A stretch of DNA of 20,000 bases from an uncultured virus (IMG/VR IMGVR_UViG_3300043427_001443). Lineage: Duplodnaviria; Heunggongvirae; Uroviricota; Caudoviricetes. The first letter of the stretch is position 1. Every line of letters begins with the position of its first letter. The stretch lies in IMG/VR virus record IMGVR_UViG_3300043427_001443, one strand, 5' to 3'. Made by a program: the position numbers and the translations under genes. The notes below the pieces were generated by a model. The model made no database searches and had not been told where the DNA came from. It saw only the letters and a list, made by a program, of their open reading frames with translations. Shown here one piece after another: positions 7,890 through 15,602 of this stretch.

Positions 7890-8752
7890 GAGCTACCGAA
7901 TTTTTAATTGAACGTATTAGCAGCCGAGTATTCCACTATACTCGTGTTACCACCGCTCTCAAAATACTACAGTCTGGTAAGTTTGAACTCAGTCATACAC
8001 TGGGCACAAGTTGGGAAGCACAGTTCGCACCACGAGGTTATCCTTATTTTCTAAGCACTACAAGAACACGCCATGGTGGTTATCATGGATATCTTGGACA
8101 GGATGCTGTGCTATTTGAACTTGATGGTGATTTTTATAATCAACGCTATCCTGGTAAAGCTGTAGACTATTGGAACAATCGCGATCCTGCCAAGGACCAT
8201 CATAAAGCACACGAAGCCGAAGATCGTATATTCAGTCGGGAGCCTGCTATTCCTGCTGCTATCACAGCTATAGATCTTTACATAGCGCCAGACGCCGATG
8301 AAGCTGCTCGCGCTCGTACAAGACAAGTAATTATTTTAGCCAAAAAGGCCGGTATACCCGTAAACTTGTTCAATGACCAAGAAGCATGGCGTATGCGTGA
8401 TACTAGAAAGACAGCAGATGTCAGTCAGCTTACAGGCCAAGATCCTGCTCGTGGTTATGTGTCAAGTCGTAGAGGTGGATACTTAAAACCCTGGATGGAA
8501 CTCATGCAGGCCAAGACCAAGGCACAGTTGAGCAAGGACGCTGATCGTAAGCGTTATGATCTACAATACACTTACGATAAGCAAGGATTAGCTAAGAGTC
8601 TAGCAGTGGATCTCAGCAATGCTCGTAAACCTGGTCCTGATCCTGATCGCAACAATGCCATAAGAATTATTAAGTTTATGCAGCAGAACCAACTGGCTAC
8701 TGTAAACGACTTTGTGGACTTCTTAGCCAACAAATGGAAGAACATAAAATAA
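7886..8752 (+). CDS. Hypothetical protein, possible ADP-ribosyltransferase-fold domain
   Basis: VFHYT...ILQSGKF, FLSTTR, VLFELDG and HEAEDRI are spaced like ART strand-1 His, S-T-x and ExE motifs. Leader MRATEFLIE. The ORF is certain; the function is tentative. Confidence 0.6.
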   Translation: MRATEFLIERISSRVFHYTRVTTALKILQSGKFELSHTLGTSWEAQFAPRGYPYFLSTTRTRHGGYHGYLGQDAVLFELDGDFYNQRYPGKAVDYWNNRDPAKDHHKAHEAEDRIFSREPAIPAAITAIDLYIAPDADEAARARTRQVIILAKKAGIPVNLFNDQEAWRMRDTRKTADVSQLTGQDPARGYVSSRRGGYLKPWMELMQAKTKAQLSKDADRKRYDLQYTYDKQGLAKSLAVDLSNARKPGPDPDRNNAIRIIKFMQQNQLATVNDFVDFLANKWKNIK

Positions 8753-8753
8753 C

Positions 8754-9380
8754 ATGCGCTTCAGCGAAATAGAATTAGTTGAATATTCAGAGTTCGACCT
8801 CCATCACGAGTTTTTCGAAGATATATCACAACTCGATGCCGCCCTCTTCGAAAACTATGAAGATTATAATAAACTAACACAGATATTAAATGGATTTGAT
8901 ACACCCGAGCCCGAAGTCAATAATAGGTATTGTTTTGCCTCAGTAGCAGCCACACCAATAGCAAAAATCATTAATATAGCAAAATTTAGTACAGAACACC
9001 GTCTTACTGACATACGCCGCGACAAATACATCTTTGAAGTCGCTGGTTGTCAACGAGCATTTCCTGAACAAGGAAGCATTAAACAAGGTGACAGTTATCA
9101 ACATATTTTTATGTTTGATTCTGTTGAATCTTGCGACAAATTAGTAAATTGGTTGGGGTTAAATTACTCCGGAGATTCAGGTTGGCGGTTAAGCACCAAG
9201 CAGTTAACTGAAAACTTTGCCGACGGAAAGAAGCCTGGGCGTAAAGGGCTAGCCAAGCGTGTTGGCGTCAACTGTCGACAGTCTGTTAGCAAATTACGCA
9301 AGATTGCTAAAAATTCGTCAGGCGAGCGTCAACGCATGGCACATTGGTGCGCCAACATGAAATCTGGCAGGAGTAAATAA
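8754..9380 (+). CDS. Hypothetical modular protein with C-terminal basic module
   Basis: Leader MRFSEIELVE, an acidic/aromatic N-terminal domain, then after KQLTE a very basic module NFADGKKPGRKGLAKRVGVNC...AHWCANMKSGRSK. Confidence 0.8.
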   Translation: MRFSEIELVEYSEFDLHHEFFEDISQLDAALFENYEDYNKLTQILNGFDTPEPEVNNRYCFASVAATPIAKIINIAKFSTEHRLTDIRRDKYIFEVAGCQRAFPEQGSIKQGDSYQHIFMFDSVESCDKLVNWLGLNYSGDSGWRLSTKQLTENFADGKKPGRKGLAKRVGVNCRQSVSKLRKIAKNSSGERQRMAHWCANMKSGRSK

Positions 9381-9383
9381 CGC

Positions 9384-10082
9384 ATGCCTGAAAATTTTGT
9401 ACAAGGGAATGTAGCCTATAACTCAACACTAGCACCTGAAGCCTGGCGCCATGGTCGCCTACGCCGTGAAGTACGCTATAAACTTTTACGAGCTGCTAAG
9501 TTTTTCATTGACCAATTGGATATTCCTGGGTTCAGAGTTTACGATGTAGTGCTTACTGGTAGCATGGCTAATTATAATTATACCAAGTACAGCGATTTTG
9601 ATGTGCATGTTGTTACCAAATACAGCGAACTAGAATGCGACGACATTGCCGAAGAATTTTATCAGGCCAAGAAAAAGATTTGGAACGACAACCATGACAT
9701 CATGGTTCGTGGACATGAAGTAGAACTCTACGTAGAAGATGCAGCACAACCACCAGTGGCAGCAGGTATCTATAGTTTATTAGACGATCGTTGGATACGT
9801 GAACCCGAATACAGCAAGCCGGGCATTGATCAGCTGGCTGTCAATGCCAAAGTAAAAGATTTGGTAGTACAAATAAACAAAACCATTTCGGCAGCAGATG
9901 ATCCTGAAGACATTACCAGACTGTTTACTAAACTACGTAAAATGCGTCAAAGTGGTTTAGACGCAGGCGGTGAATTCAGTGTGGAAAATCTCAGTTACAA
10001 GATCCTACGCAATATGGGCTACCTGGACAAAATGTCACGTGCCAGACAGGATCAACAAGATGCTGACCTTAGCTTACGCTGA
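9384..10082 (+). CDS. Pol-beta superfamily nucleotidyltransferase
   Basis: VVLTGSMANYNYTKYSDFDVHVV (hGS-x-DxD signature), third carboxylate in EVELYVED, and a helical C-terminal region (GEFSVENLSYKILRN). Confidence 0.8.
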   Translation: MPENFVQGNVAYNSTLAPEAWRHGRLRREVRYKLLRAAKFFIDQLDIPGFRVYDVVLTGSMANYNYTKYSDFDVHVVTKYSELECDDIAEEFYQAKKKIWNDNHDIMVRGHEVELYVEDAAQPPVAAGIYSLLDDRWIREPEYSKPGIDQLAVNAKVKDLVVQINKTISAADDPEDITRLFTKLRKMRQSGLDAGGEFSVENLSYKILRNMGYLDKMSRARQDQQDADLSLR

Positions 10083-10213
10083 TGCCTTGGTACCTACACC
10101 TTTATCATCTTACTTGGTTACTGTTTTTCATTGGTCTGGGCTATTATATCAGCTGGTGGGTATCGGGCGTTATTTTTAGTGCAATGGCAGTAACCATATT
10201 CATGCGCGGTTAA
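10082..10213 (+). CDS. Small membrane protein, 43 aa (not in ORF track)
   Basis: Hand translation gives MPWYLHLYHLTWLLFFIGLGYYISWWVSGVIFSAMAVTIFMRG*. The ATG overlaps the upstream TGA (TGATG), the ORF fills the gap exactly, and it is almost entirely hydrophobic/aromatic. Confidence 0.7.
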   Translation: MPWYLHLYHLTWLLFFIGLGYYISWWVSGVIFSAMAVTIFMRG

Positions 10214-10219
10214 TAAATA
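10212..10219 (+). promoter_or_regulatory. T4-type late promoter-like box (AATAAATA)
   Basis: 7/8 match to TATAAATA, overlapping a stop codon, 22 nt before ATG 10242. The geometry matches the 2411 site. Confidence 0.6.
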
Positions 10220-10241
10220 CTGTATATCTCAGGATCATGTC

Positions 10242-11303
10242 ATGAAACTCAGTGAATTTATTGATGAAGCCGCCAATCCTGCTCAACAAGCAGCCATCGC
10301 CATTGCCATGAAAAAGGCAGGTAAGAAACCCAAAAACGAAGCAGAAATCGATGAGCGTTTTCAGCTGCCTAAACATCTTGGTACTAAACGCGATCGTTTT
10401 AAAAGTTTGCGTAAAGAAGCCGCCAAAGACACCGGACCTAAATTTACAGGATACTTTAAAGGCAAAGATCGTCCACCTGTTGGTCGGAGACTAGTCGGTG
10501 AAAATATTCAAGTAGGTGATTTAGTCAGAACCAAAGACATGAGTCGTCGCGGTATAGTAGAAAGTGTAGAATTATACAGACCTTTTGCTAGTTTAGCAGT
10601 TTATTTTAGAACCGCCGATGACGAATTGCTGCGTACACCTGTTGGCAATGTGGTTCGTATACCGGTCGCAGAAGCAGTCACAGGAGATGCTAATTTCGAT
10701 CCTGCAGGTGAATATAAAAATTATCCTTTGTATGTTACTCTAAAACCATGGCGTGGCAAATATATTGCTGTAACACAGATTGGTAGGGAAGAATACAAAC
10801 AAGCAGGAGCCACTCGTGAACTAGCACTTCAGGCCGTACGCGATCACATTGACTTTTTGCTTAACGCACAGCGCAAGGTAGTAGCCGGTGCCACTATCGA
10901 TTTTAATAAAAAATTTGTTACAGATATTTTAGGAAGTCCTAGAGAGCGATTTTTTGCTAAGATCGTTAACCAAGGTGGTCAACCTAAACTAGTCATTGCA
11001 GGCAATGAAATGTTAACGTTTGGAAGAGAACTAGCTGATTTAGGTTTTAAACCCGGAGCACTACGCACCAATTCGGATAACCCTGATGCTACACCATTGC
11101 CTGCTATTAGTTACAGTAAAAATCAAATTGCGGGCCTTGGCTTAATTGCCAATGGTAGATATGTTATCGGTAATATGACCACAGACCAAGATGGTAATAA
11201 GGTATTTGATCTCAAGTATGACAGCACTGTGCATACCAAGAGTGACAAGCAAAGATTAAACCAACCAGCTATCACCATTGGCACATCACGAATAGAAGGT
11301 TAA
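10242..11303 (+). CDS. Hypothetical multi-module protein (polyprotein-like), putative internal head protein
   Basis: Leader MKLSEFIDE, then successive modules: AANPAQQAAIAIAMKKAGKKPK; RFQLPKHLG...; AAKDTGPKFTGYFKG...RLVGE; SH3/KOW-like IQVGDLVRTKDMSRRGIVESV; then a larger C-terminal domain. Each is bounded by a Glu. Confidence 0.8.
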   Translation: MKLSEFIDEAANPAQQAAIAIAMKKAGKKPKNEAEIDERFQLPKHLGTKRDRFKSLRKEAAKDTGPKFTGYFKGKDRPPVGRRLVGENIQVGDLVRTKDMSRRGIVESVELYRPFASLAVYFRTADDELLRTPVGNVVRIPVAEAVTGDANFDPAGEYKNYPLYVTLKPWRGKYIAVTQIGREEYKQAGATRELALQAVRDHIDFLLNAQRKVVAGATIDFNKKFVTDILGSPRERFFAKIVNQGGQPKLVIAGNEMLTFGRELADLGFKPGALRTNSDNPDATPLPAISYSKNQIAGLGLIANGRYVIGNMTTDQDGNKVFDLKYDSTVHTKSDKQRLNQPAITIGTSRIEG

Positions 11304-11304
11304 C

Positions 11305-11472
11305 ATGGAAAACTATATAGATGACAATGAAGCCTATTATCGTTTAACACATCGTTGTGGTTGTGGGTGTTTTCACCATTGTAAAGGCGAATGCCTCACT
11401 GATGGCTGTGATTGTAAAGAATGTAGTTGTAACGACTGCATAGACAAGCATATAATCAAAAGCAATAACTAA
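11305..11472 (+). CDS. Cys/His-rich metallothionein-like peptide, 55 aa (not in ORF track)
   Basis: Hand translation gives MENYIDDNEAYYRLTHRCGCGCFHHCKGECLTDGCDCKECSCNDCIDKHIIKSNN*, with 10 Cys and 4 His. It starts in TAACATG after the upstream stop, and its TAA overlaps the next ATG (TAATG). Confidence 0.8.
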   Translation: MENYIDDNEAYYRLTHRCGCGCFHHCKGECLTDGCDCKECSCNDCIDKHIIKSNN

Positions 11473-11891
11473 TGCGTAATTTAATCCGTATCGTGGAAGC
11501 TGCCAGTAAGGGTTGCCCAGTGGCTACCTACGATATTGATGTGAACTTGAAGAATAGACAACGGGCCATTGATGATTACCACTATGGTCCTGCTAATCCC
11601 GACGAACCAGGCGATTATTGGAAGCAGGCAGCCGAACGTTGGAACATCACAGAAAAAACTGCCAAAACCATGCAGTGCGGCAACTGTGCTGCCTTTGATG
11701 TGTCAGACAAAATGTGGGCTTGTATTGAATCTGGTATCAAAGGTGATGAGAAAGCAGCAGATGCTATGGCCAGTATACACCGGGCTGACCTGGGTTATTG
11801 TAATTTTCATCATTTCAAATGCGCCGGAACTCGAAGTTGTACAAGTTGGATCACTGGCGGCGCCATAGACAATCGAGACCGAACACAGTAA
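11472..11891 (+). CDS. Cys-rich protein, possible HiPIP-like / metal-binding domain
   Basis: CGNCAAF ... GYCNFHHFKCAGTRSCTSW resembles the CxxCxxF...C...CxxW spacing of HiPIP-type proteins. Leader MRNLIRIVE. Confidence 0.65.
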   Translation: MRNLIRIVEAASKGCPVATYDIDVNLKNRQRAIDDYHYGPANPDEPGDYWKQAAERWNITEKTAKTMQCGNCAAFDVSDKMWACIESGIKGDEKAADAMASIHRADLGYCNFHHFKCAGTRSCTSWITGGAIDNRDRTQ

Positions 11892-11894
11892 GCC

Positions 11895-12509
11895 ATGCTT
11901 AGTTGTAACCGAATTAGTATACGTACTGATTTGCATTGTGATCGTATATGCTTAGATCTGCATAAAAACGATTTTCTGTACTATGACAAAGATGGGTTTG
12001 AACTAAATCGTGCCGAACAAAAGTATTACCAAATCTGCGGCTATAAATTAGATCATACACTGAACCACCATGCTTATCAGGTACCTTGGTACACCAGTTC
12101 AGATCCAACACTGATCGTGGATCATAGTTTAATTTTATACCGTTGCGGATACCGAGGTGATGCCGAACGACAGCTACAAGCATTAAAAGAATCAATACCT
12201 CAAGCCAGCTTAATGCTAATGACCAAACCAAAATGGGGTTTTGATTTTGCTCTAGACAGTGTAGACAGCAATGGAAACCTATTCGAAGTTGTACATATTG
12301 AGTACGATACAAATATTTTTACTGAGTTCTGTAATCAAGTAAATAAAATACAAGAACGCATTGACCATACAGATTGGCGTGATGCTGCTAGCACCATAGA
12401 ACATAAACGCGATCAGTGGCAGTCCTTGCGTGGTTTTGCACAGAATGATTGGAAAGCTCGTTACTTGTTGAATTGGTCACGTGCCGAGTTTACCGAAAAG
12501 GCTATATAG
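11895..12509 (+). CDS. Hypothetical phage protein
   Basis: 204-aa ORF abutting the upstream gene. Aromatic-rich ([28 protein letters not shown]); no family recognised. Confidence 0.75.
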   Translation: MLSCNRISIRTDLHCDRICLDLHKNDFLYYDKDGFELNRAEQKYYQICGYKLDHTLNHHAYQVPWYTSSDPTLIVDHSLILYRCGYRGDAERQLQALKESIPQASLMLMTKPKWGFDFALDSVDSNGNLFEVVHIEYDTNIFTEFCNQVNKIQERIDHTDWRDAASTIEHKRDQWQSLRGFAQNDWKARYLLNWSRAEFTEKAI

Positions 12510-12514
12510 CATAC

Positions 12515-12612
12515 CCTTAGGACCGTCCTAGTTATCTAGGCCTAAGGCGCCGGGCGGCTGCTGCCCTGTCGATCCAACCTCCGCTACCACCCCGGATCGG
12601 CTAAAGTGAGCA
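12515..12612 (+). ncRNA. Candidate structured RNA / cis-element (three consecutive stems)
   Basis: Stem A: CCTTAGG (12515-21)/CCTAAGG (12541-47) enclosing bulge ACCGT and hairpin CCTAG-TTAT-CTAGG. Stem B: GGGCGG (12552-57)/CTGCCC (12561-66). Stem C: GTCGATCC (12568-75)/GGATCGGC (12594-601). The G-U pairs in B and C work only on the + strand. Intergenic and GC-rich. Confidence 0.55.
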
Positions 12613-12621
12613 TTTACACTA

Positions 12622-12650
12622 TTGCACCTGCTGCACAAATTCTGTATAAT
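12622..12650 (+). promoter_or_regulatory. sigma70-type early/middle promoter
   Basis: TTGCAC (12622-27)-N17-TATAAT (12645-50), followed by RBS AAGGAG (12662-67) and ATG 12673. Confidence 0.75.
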
Positions 12651-12672
12651 AAGATTTTTCCAAGGAGTCCAC

Positions 12673-12933
12673 ATGAGTGACCGTATGTTCAGTGCTGAGC
12701 AAAAGCTCAAGCTCACCCAAATAATCAACGAAGGTATTCAAGTATTAACCGAAATTGATGATCTTAACAGTGGTCTAAATGACACAGTAAAGGCAGTGGC
12801 AGAAGAACTAGAGATCAAGCCAGCTATTCTCAAGAAAGCTATCAAGATCGCTGCCAAAAGCAAGCTAGGTGAAACCAATCGTGACCACGACGATCTAAAT
12901 ACTATTTTGGAGACTGTGGGCCGTACTCTATGA
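12673..12933 (+). CDS. Small dsDNA-binding protein (T4 DsbA / GapR-like), 86 aa
   Basis: The true start is ATG 12673 with a strong RBS; the track's TTG 12622 is the -35 box. A coiled coil followed by DTVKAVAEELEIKPAILKKAIKIA is the DsbA/GapR-type layout. It lies directly before the polymerase. Confidence 0.6.
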   Translation: MSDRMFSAEQKLKLTQIINEGIQVLTEIDDLNSGLNDTVKAVAEELEIKPAILKKAIKIAAKSKLGETNRDHDDLNTILETVGRTL

Positions 12934-15584
12934 GTTATGTTGACGCACTATTCAGTCGTGAACAAAATCGTATCTACGTAGTAGAACGTGTAGATGGACG
13001 GCGTGTGTATCGCGACTACGCTGCCAATTATCAATTTTACTATGATGATCCCAAGGGTAAATTCCGTACCATTTATGGAACGCCAGTCAGTAGATTCAGC
13101 AGTCGCAACTACAAAGAATACAGTCGCGAACTCAAACTACACAGTAATCGTCAGCTTTGGGAATCTGACATCAAGCCGGTCAATCGCTGCCTAGAAGAAA
13201 ATTATCTAGGGCAAAATGCGCCACGTCTGCACACAGTATTTTTCGATATTGAAGTTGACTTTGACCCAGTACGTGGTTTCAGCCGTCCCGAGGATCCTTT
13301 TAATCCCATTACTGCTATTAGTTTGTACTTGGACTGGCTAGATCGTTTGGTTACCTTGGTAGTGCCTCCTAAGACACTGAGCTGGGAATCAGCCACAGAA
13401 ATGATCAGCAAGTATGACAACTGTTTTCTAGTAGAGCGCGAAGAAGATTTGATTTTGACCTTTCTGGATCTCATTGACGATGCAGACATACTCAGTGGGT
13501 GGAACTCAGAAGGCTTTGATATTCCCTACATGGTCATGCGTACCAATCGAATTTTAAGCAAAGACGATACACGTAGATTTTGTTTATGGGAACAGTATCC
13601 TAAACAGCGTACCTTTGAGCGTTTTGGTGCAGAAAACATCACATTCGATCTTGTTGGTCGTGTGCACATGGACTATATGCAACTATATAGAAAATACACC
13701 TATGAGGAACGACATAGTTACAGCTTAGACGCCATTGGCGAATACGAACTTGATGAAAGGAAAATTCAATACGAAGGTACACTAGACCAATTGTACAACA
13801 GAGATTTTATAACCTTTGTTGACTACAACAGACAAGACACCATGTTGTTGGCCAAGTTGGACAAGAAACTGCGTTTTCTAGATCTAGCCAACGAACTAGC
13901 GCATGATAACACTGTGTTATTACCCACTACCATGGGAGCTGTAGCAGTAACCGAGCAGGCTATTATCAACGAAGCCCATAGTATGGGACTAGTAGTTCAA
14001 AATAGGAAAAATCATGAAGGTGACACTCAAGCGGCAGGTGCCTATGTTGCTTATCCCAAAAGGGGCATGCACGAATACATTGGCGCAATCGACATCAACA
14101 GTCTGTATCCGTCAGCGATCCGCGCTCTTAACATGGCCCCGGAAACCATTGTCGGACAATTGCGACCCACTTATACAGAACGTTACATAAAGGACAAAAT
14201 GGACTCAGGCAGTTCGTTTGCAGATGCCTGGGAAAATTTGTTTGGAAGTCTAGAATACACCATGGTCATGAACCAAGAAGCTGGTCGAGAAATTACCATA
14301 GACTGGGAAACTGGTGGTTCGGACGTTATGATGGCTCGCGACGTTTATCAATTGATCTTTGAAGGTCGTCAACCTTGGATATTGAGTGCAAATGGAACTA
14401 TCTTTAAGTATGATACCAAAGGCATTGTACCGGGCTTGCTTGAGCGTTGGTACGCTGAAAGAAAAGAGCTACAGGCTAAGAAGAAAGACGCACAGACTGC
14501 TGAAGACAAGGCCTTTTGGGACAAGCGACAGTTGGTTAAGAAAATTAACCTTAACTCACTGTATGGTGCTATCCTTAATCCTGGATGTCGCTTTTTTGAC
14601 AAGCGTATTGGTCAAAGTACAACCCTGACAGGTCGTGCAATTGCACGTCACATGGATGCACATGTCAACGAGTGCGTCACTGGCGAGTACGATCATGTAG
14701 GCCGAGCCATTATATACGGCGACACTGATTCTGTTTACTTTTCAGCTTATCCTATTCTCAAACCGGAAATAGAAGCAGGTACCATGGAATGGAACAAGGA
14801 TATCTGTATTCAACTCTACGATACCATTGCCGAAAGCGTCAATGACAGTTTTCCAGCGTTCATGGATCGAGCCTTTAATTGCCCTAGGGACATGGGTGCC
14901 ATTATCAAAGGCGGGCGCGAGTTGATCGCCAGCAAAGGCCTGTTTATTAAGAAAAAGCGTTATGCTGTGCTGATCTATGATCTGGAAGGTGCTAGGCTGG
15001 ATATCAATGGCAAGCCAGGTAAAGTCAAAGCCATGGGTCTAGATCTTAAACGGTCAGACACTCCCAAGGTAGTGCAAGACTTTCTCAGTGATCTACTGCT
15101 ACGAGTGCTTACTGGTTCCGATGCTGCTTATGTATACGATCGTGTACGCGAGTTTAAAACCGAATTCCAGAAACGCCCGGCCTGGGAGAAGGGTACACCG
15201 AAACGTGTGAACAATCTTACTCATTATGGTGAGCTAGAAAACAAGAAAGGTCGAGCCAACATGCCCGGGCACGTTCGAGCTGCACTAAACTGGAATACTC
15301 TGCGTCGTATGCACTCAGACAACTACAGCATGCAAATTGTGGATGGTATGAAAACCATTGTGTGTAAACTGCGATCTAATCCTTTGGGCTATACATCTGT
15401 GGGCTATCCCACTGACGAAACTCATATACCACAGTGGTTTAAAGATTTGCCTTTTGATGATGGGCTTATGGAAGACACCATTGTGGATCAGAAAGTGGAA
15501 AATCTATTAGGTGTACTTGGTTGGAGTATTGCCGAGCATACCAGTATCAAGACCACATTTGACCAACTGTTTACTTTTGAATAA
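12930..15584 (+). CDS. gp43: Family B DNA polymerase (T4 gp43-like) with 3'-5' exonuclease
   Basis: ExoI FFDIEVD, ExoII WNSEGFDIPY, ExoIII YNRQD. Polymerase motifs DINSLYPS, KINLNSLYG, YGDTDS and KKRYA. C-terminal TTFDQLFTFE is a clamp-binding-like tail. Uninterrupted, with no intein or intron. Confidence 0.97.
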   Translation: MSYVDALFSREQNRIYVVERVDGRRVYRDYAANYQFYYDDPKGKFRTIYGTPVSRFSSRNYKEYSRELKLHSNRQLWESDIKPVNRCLEENYLGQNAPRLHTVFFDIEVDFDPVRGFSRPEDPFNPITAISLYLDWLDRLVTLVVPPKTLSWESATEMISKYDNCFLVEREEDLILTFLDLIDDADILSGWNSEGFDIPYMVMRTNRILSKDDTRRFCLWEQYPKQRTFERFGAENITFDLVGRVHMDYMQLYRKYTYEERHSYSLDAIGEYELDERKIQYEGTLDQLYNRDFITFVDYNRQDTMLLAKLDKKLRFLDLANELAHDNTVLLPTTMGAVAVTEQAIINEAHSMGLVVQNRKNHEGDTQAAGAYVAYPKRGMHEYIGAIDINSLYPSAIRALNMAPETIVGQLRPTYTERYIKDKMDSGSSFADAWENLFGSLEYTMVMNQEAGREITIDWETGGSDVMMARDVYQLIFEGRQPWILSANGTIFKYDTKGIVPGLLERWYAERKELQAKKKDAQTAEDKAFWDKRQLVKKINLNSLYGAILNPGCRFFDKRIGQSTTLTGRAIARHMDAHVNECVTGEYDHVGRAIIYGDTDSVYFSAYPILKPEIEAGTMEWNKDICIQLYDTIAESVNDSFPAFMDRAFNCPRDMGAIIKGGRELIASKGLFIKKKRYAVLIYDLEGARLDINGKPGKVKAMGLDLKRSDTPKVVQDFLSDLLLRVLTGSDAAYVYDRVREFKTEFQKRPAWEKGTPKRVNNLTHYGELENKKGRANMPGHVRAALNWNTLRRMHSDNYSMQIVDGMKTIVCKLRSNPLGYTSVGYPTDETHIPQWFKDLPFDDGLMEDTIVDQKVENLLGVLGWSIAEHTSIKTTFDQLFTFE

Positions 15585-15602
15585 TAAAAATACACAAACC
15601 TA

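Noticed and set aside
10144..10203. 19-codon minus-strand ORF (MNMVTAIALKITPDTHQLI)
   Set aside because: It is very short and antisense to the better-supported 43-aa plus-strand membrane peptide.
12510..12612. tRNA, CRISPR repeat or rho-independent terminator interpretation
   Set aside because: There is no cloverleaf with TTC/T-loop or acceptor stem, no repeated unit with spacers, and no U-tract after any stem.
12528..12728. 66-aa minus-strand ORF over the structured intergenic region
   Set aside because: It overlaps the dsbA-like gene and its promoter in antisense. The region is better explained by stems plus a promoter.
12930..15584. Intein or group I intron in the polymerase
   Set aside because: The ORF is a continuous 884 aa with normal motif order and no C...HN splice junctions or LAGLIDADG blocks. 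The extra segment after DINSLYPS is short and lacks intein motifs.
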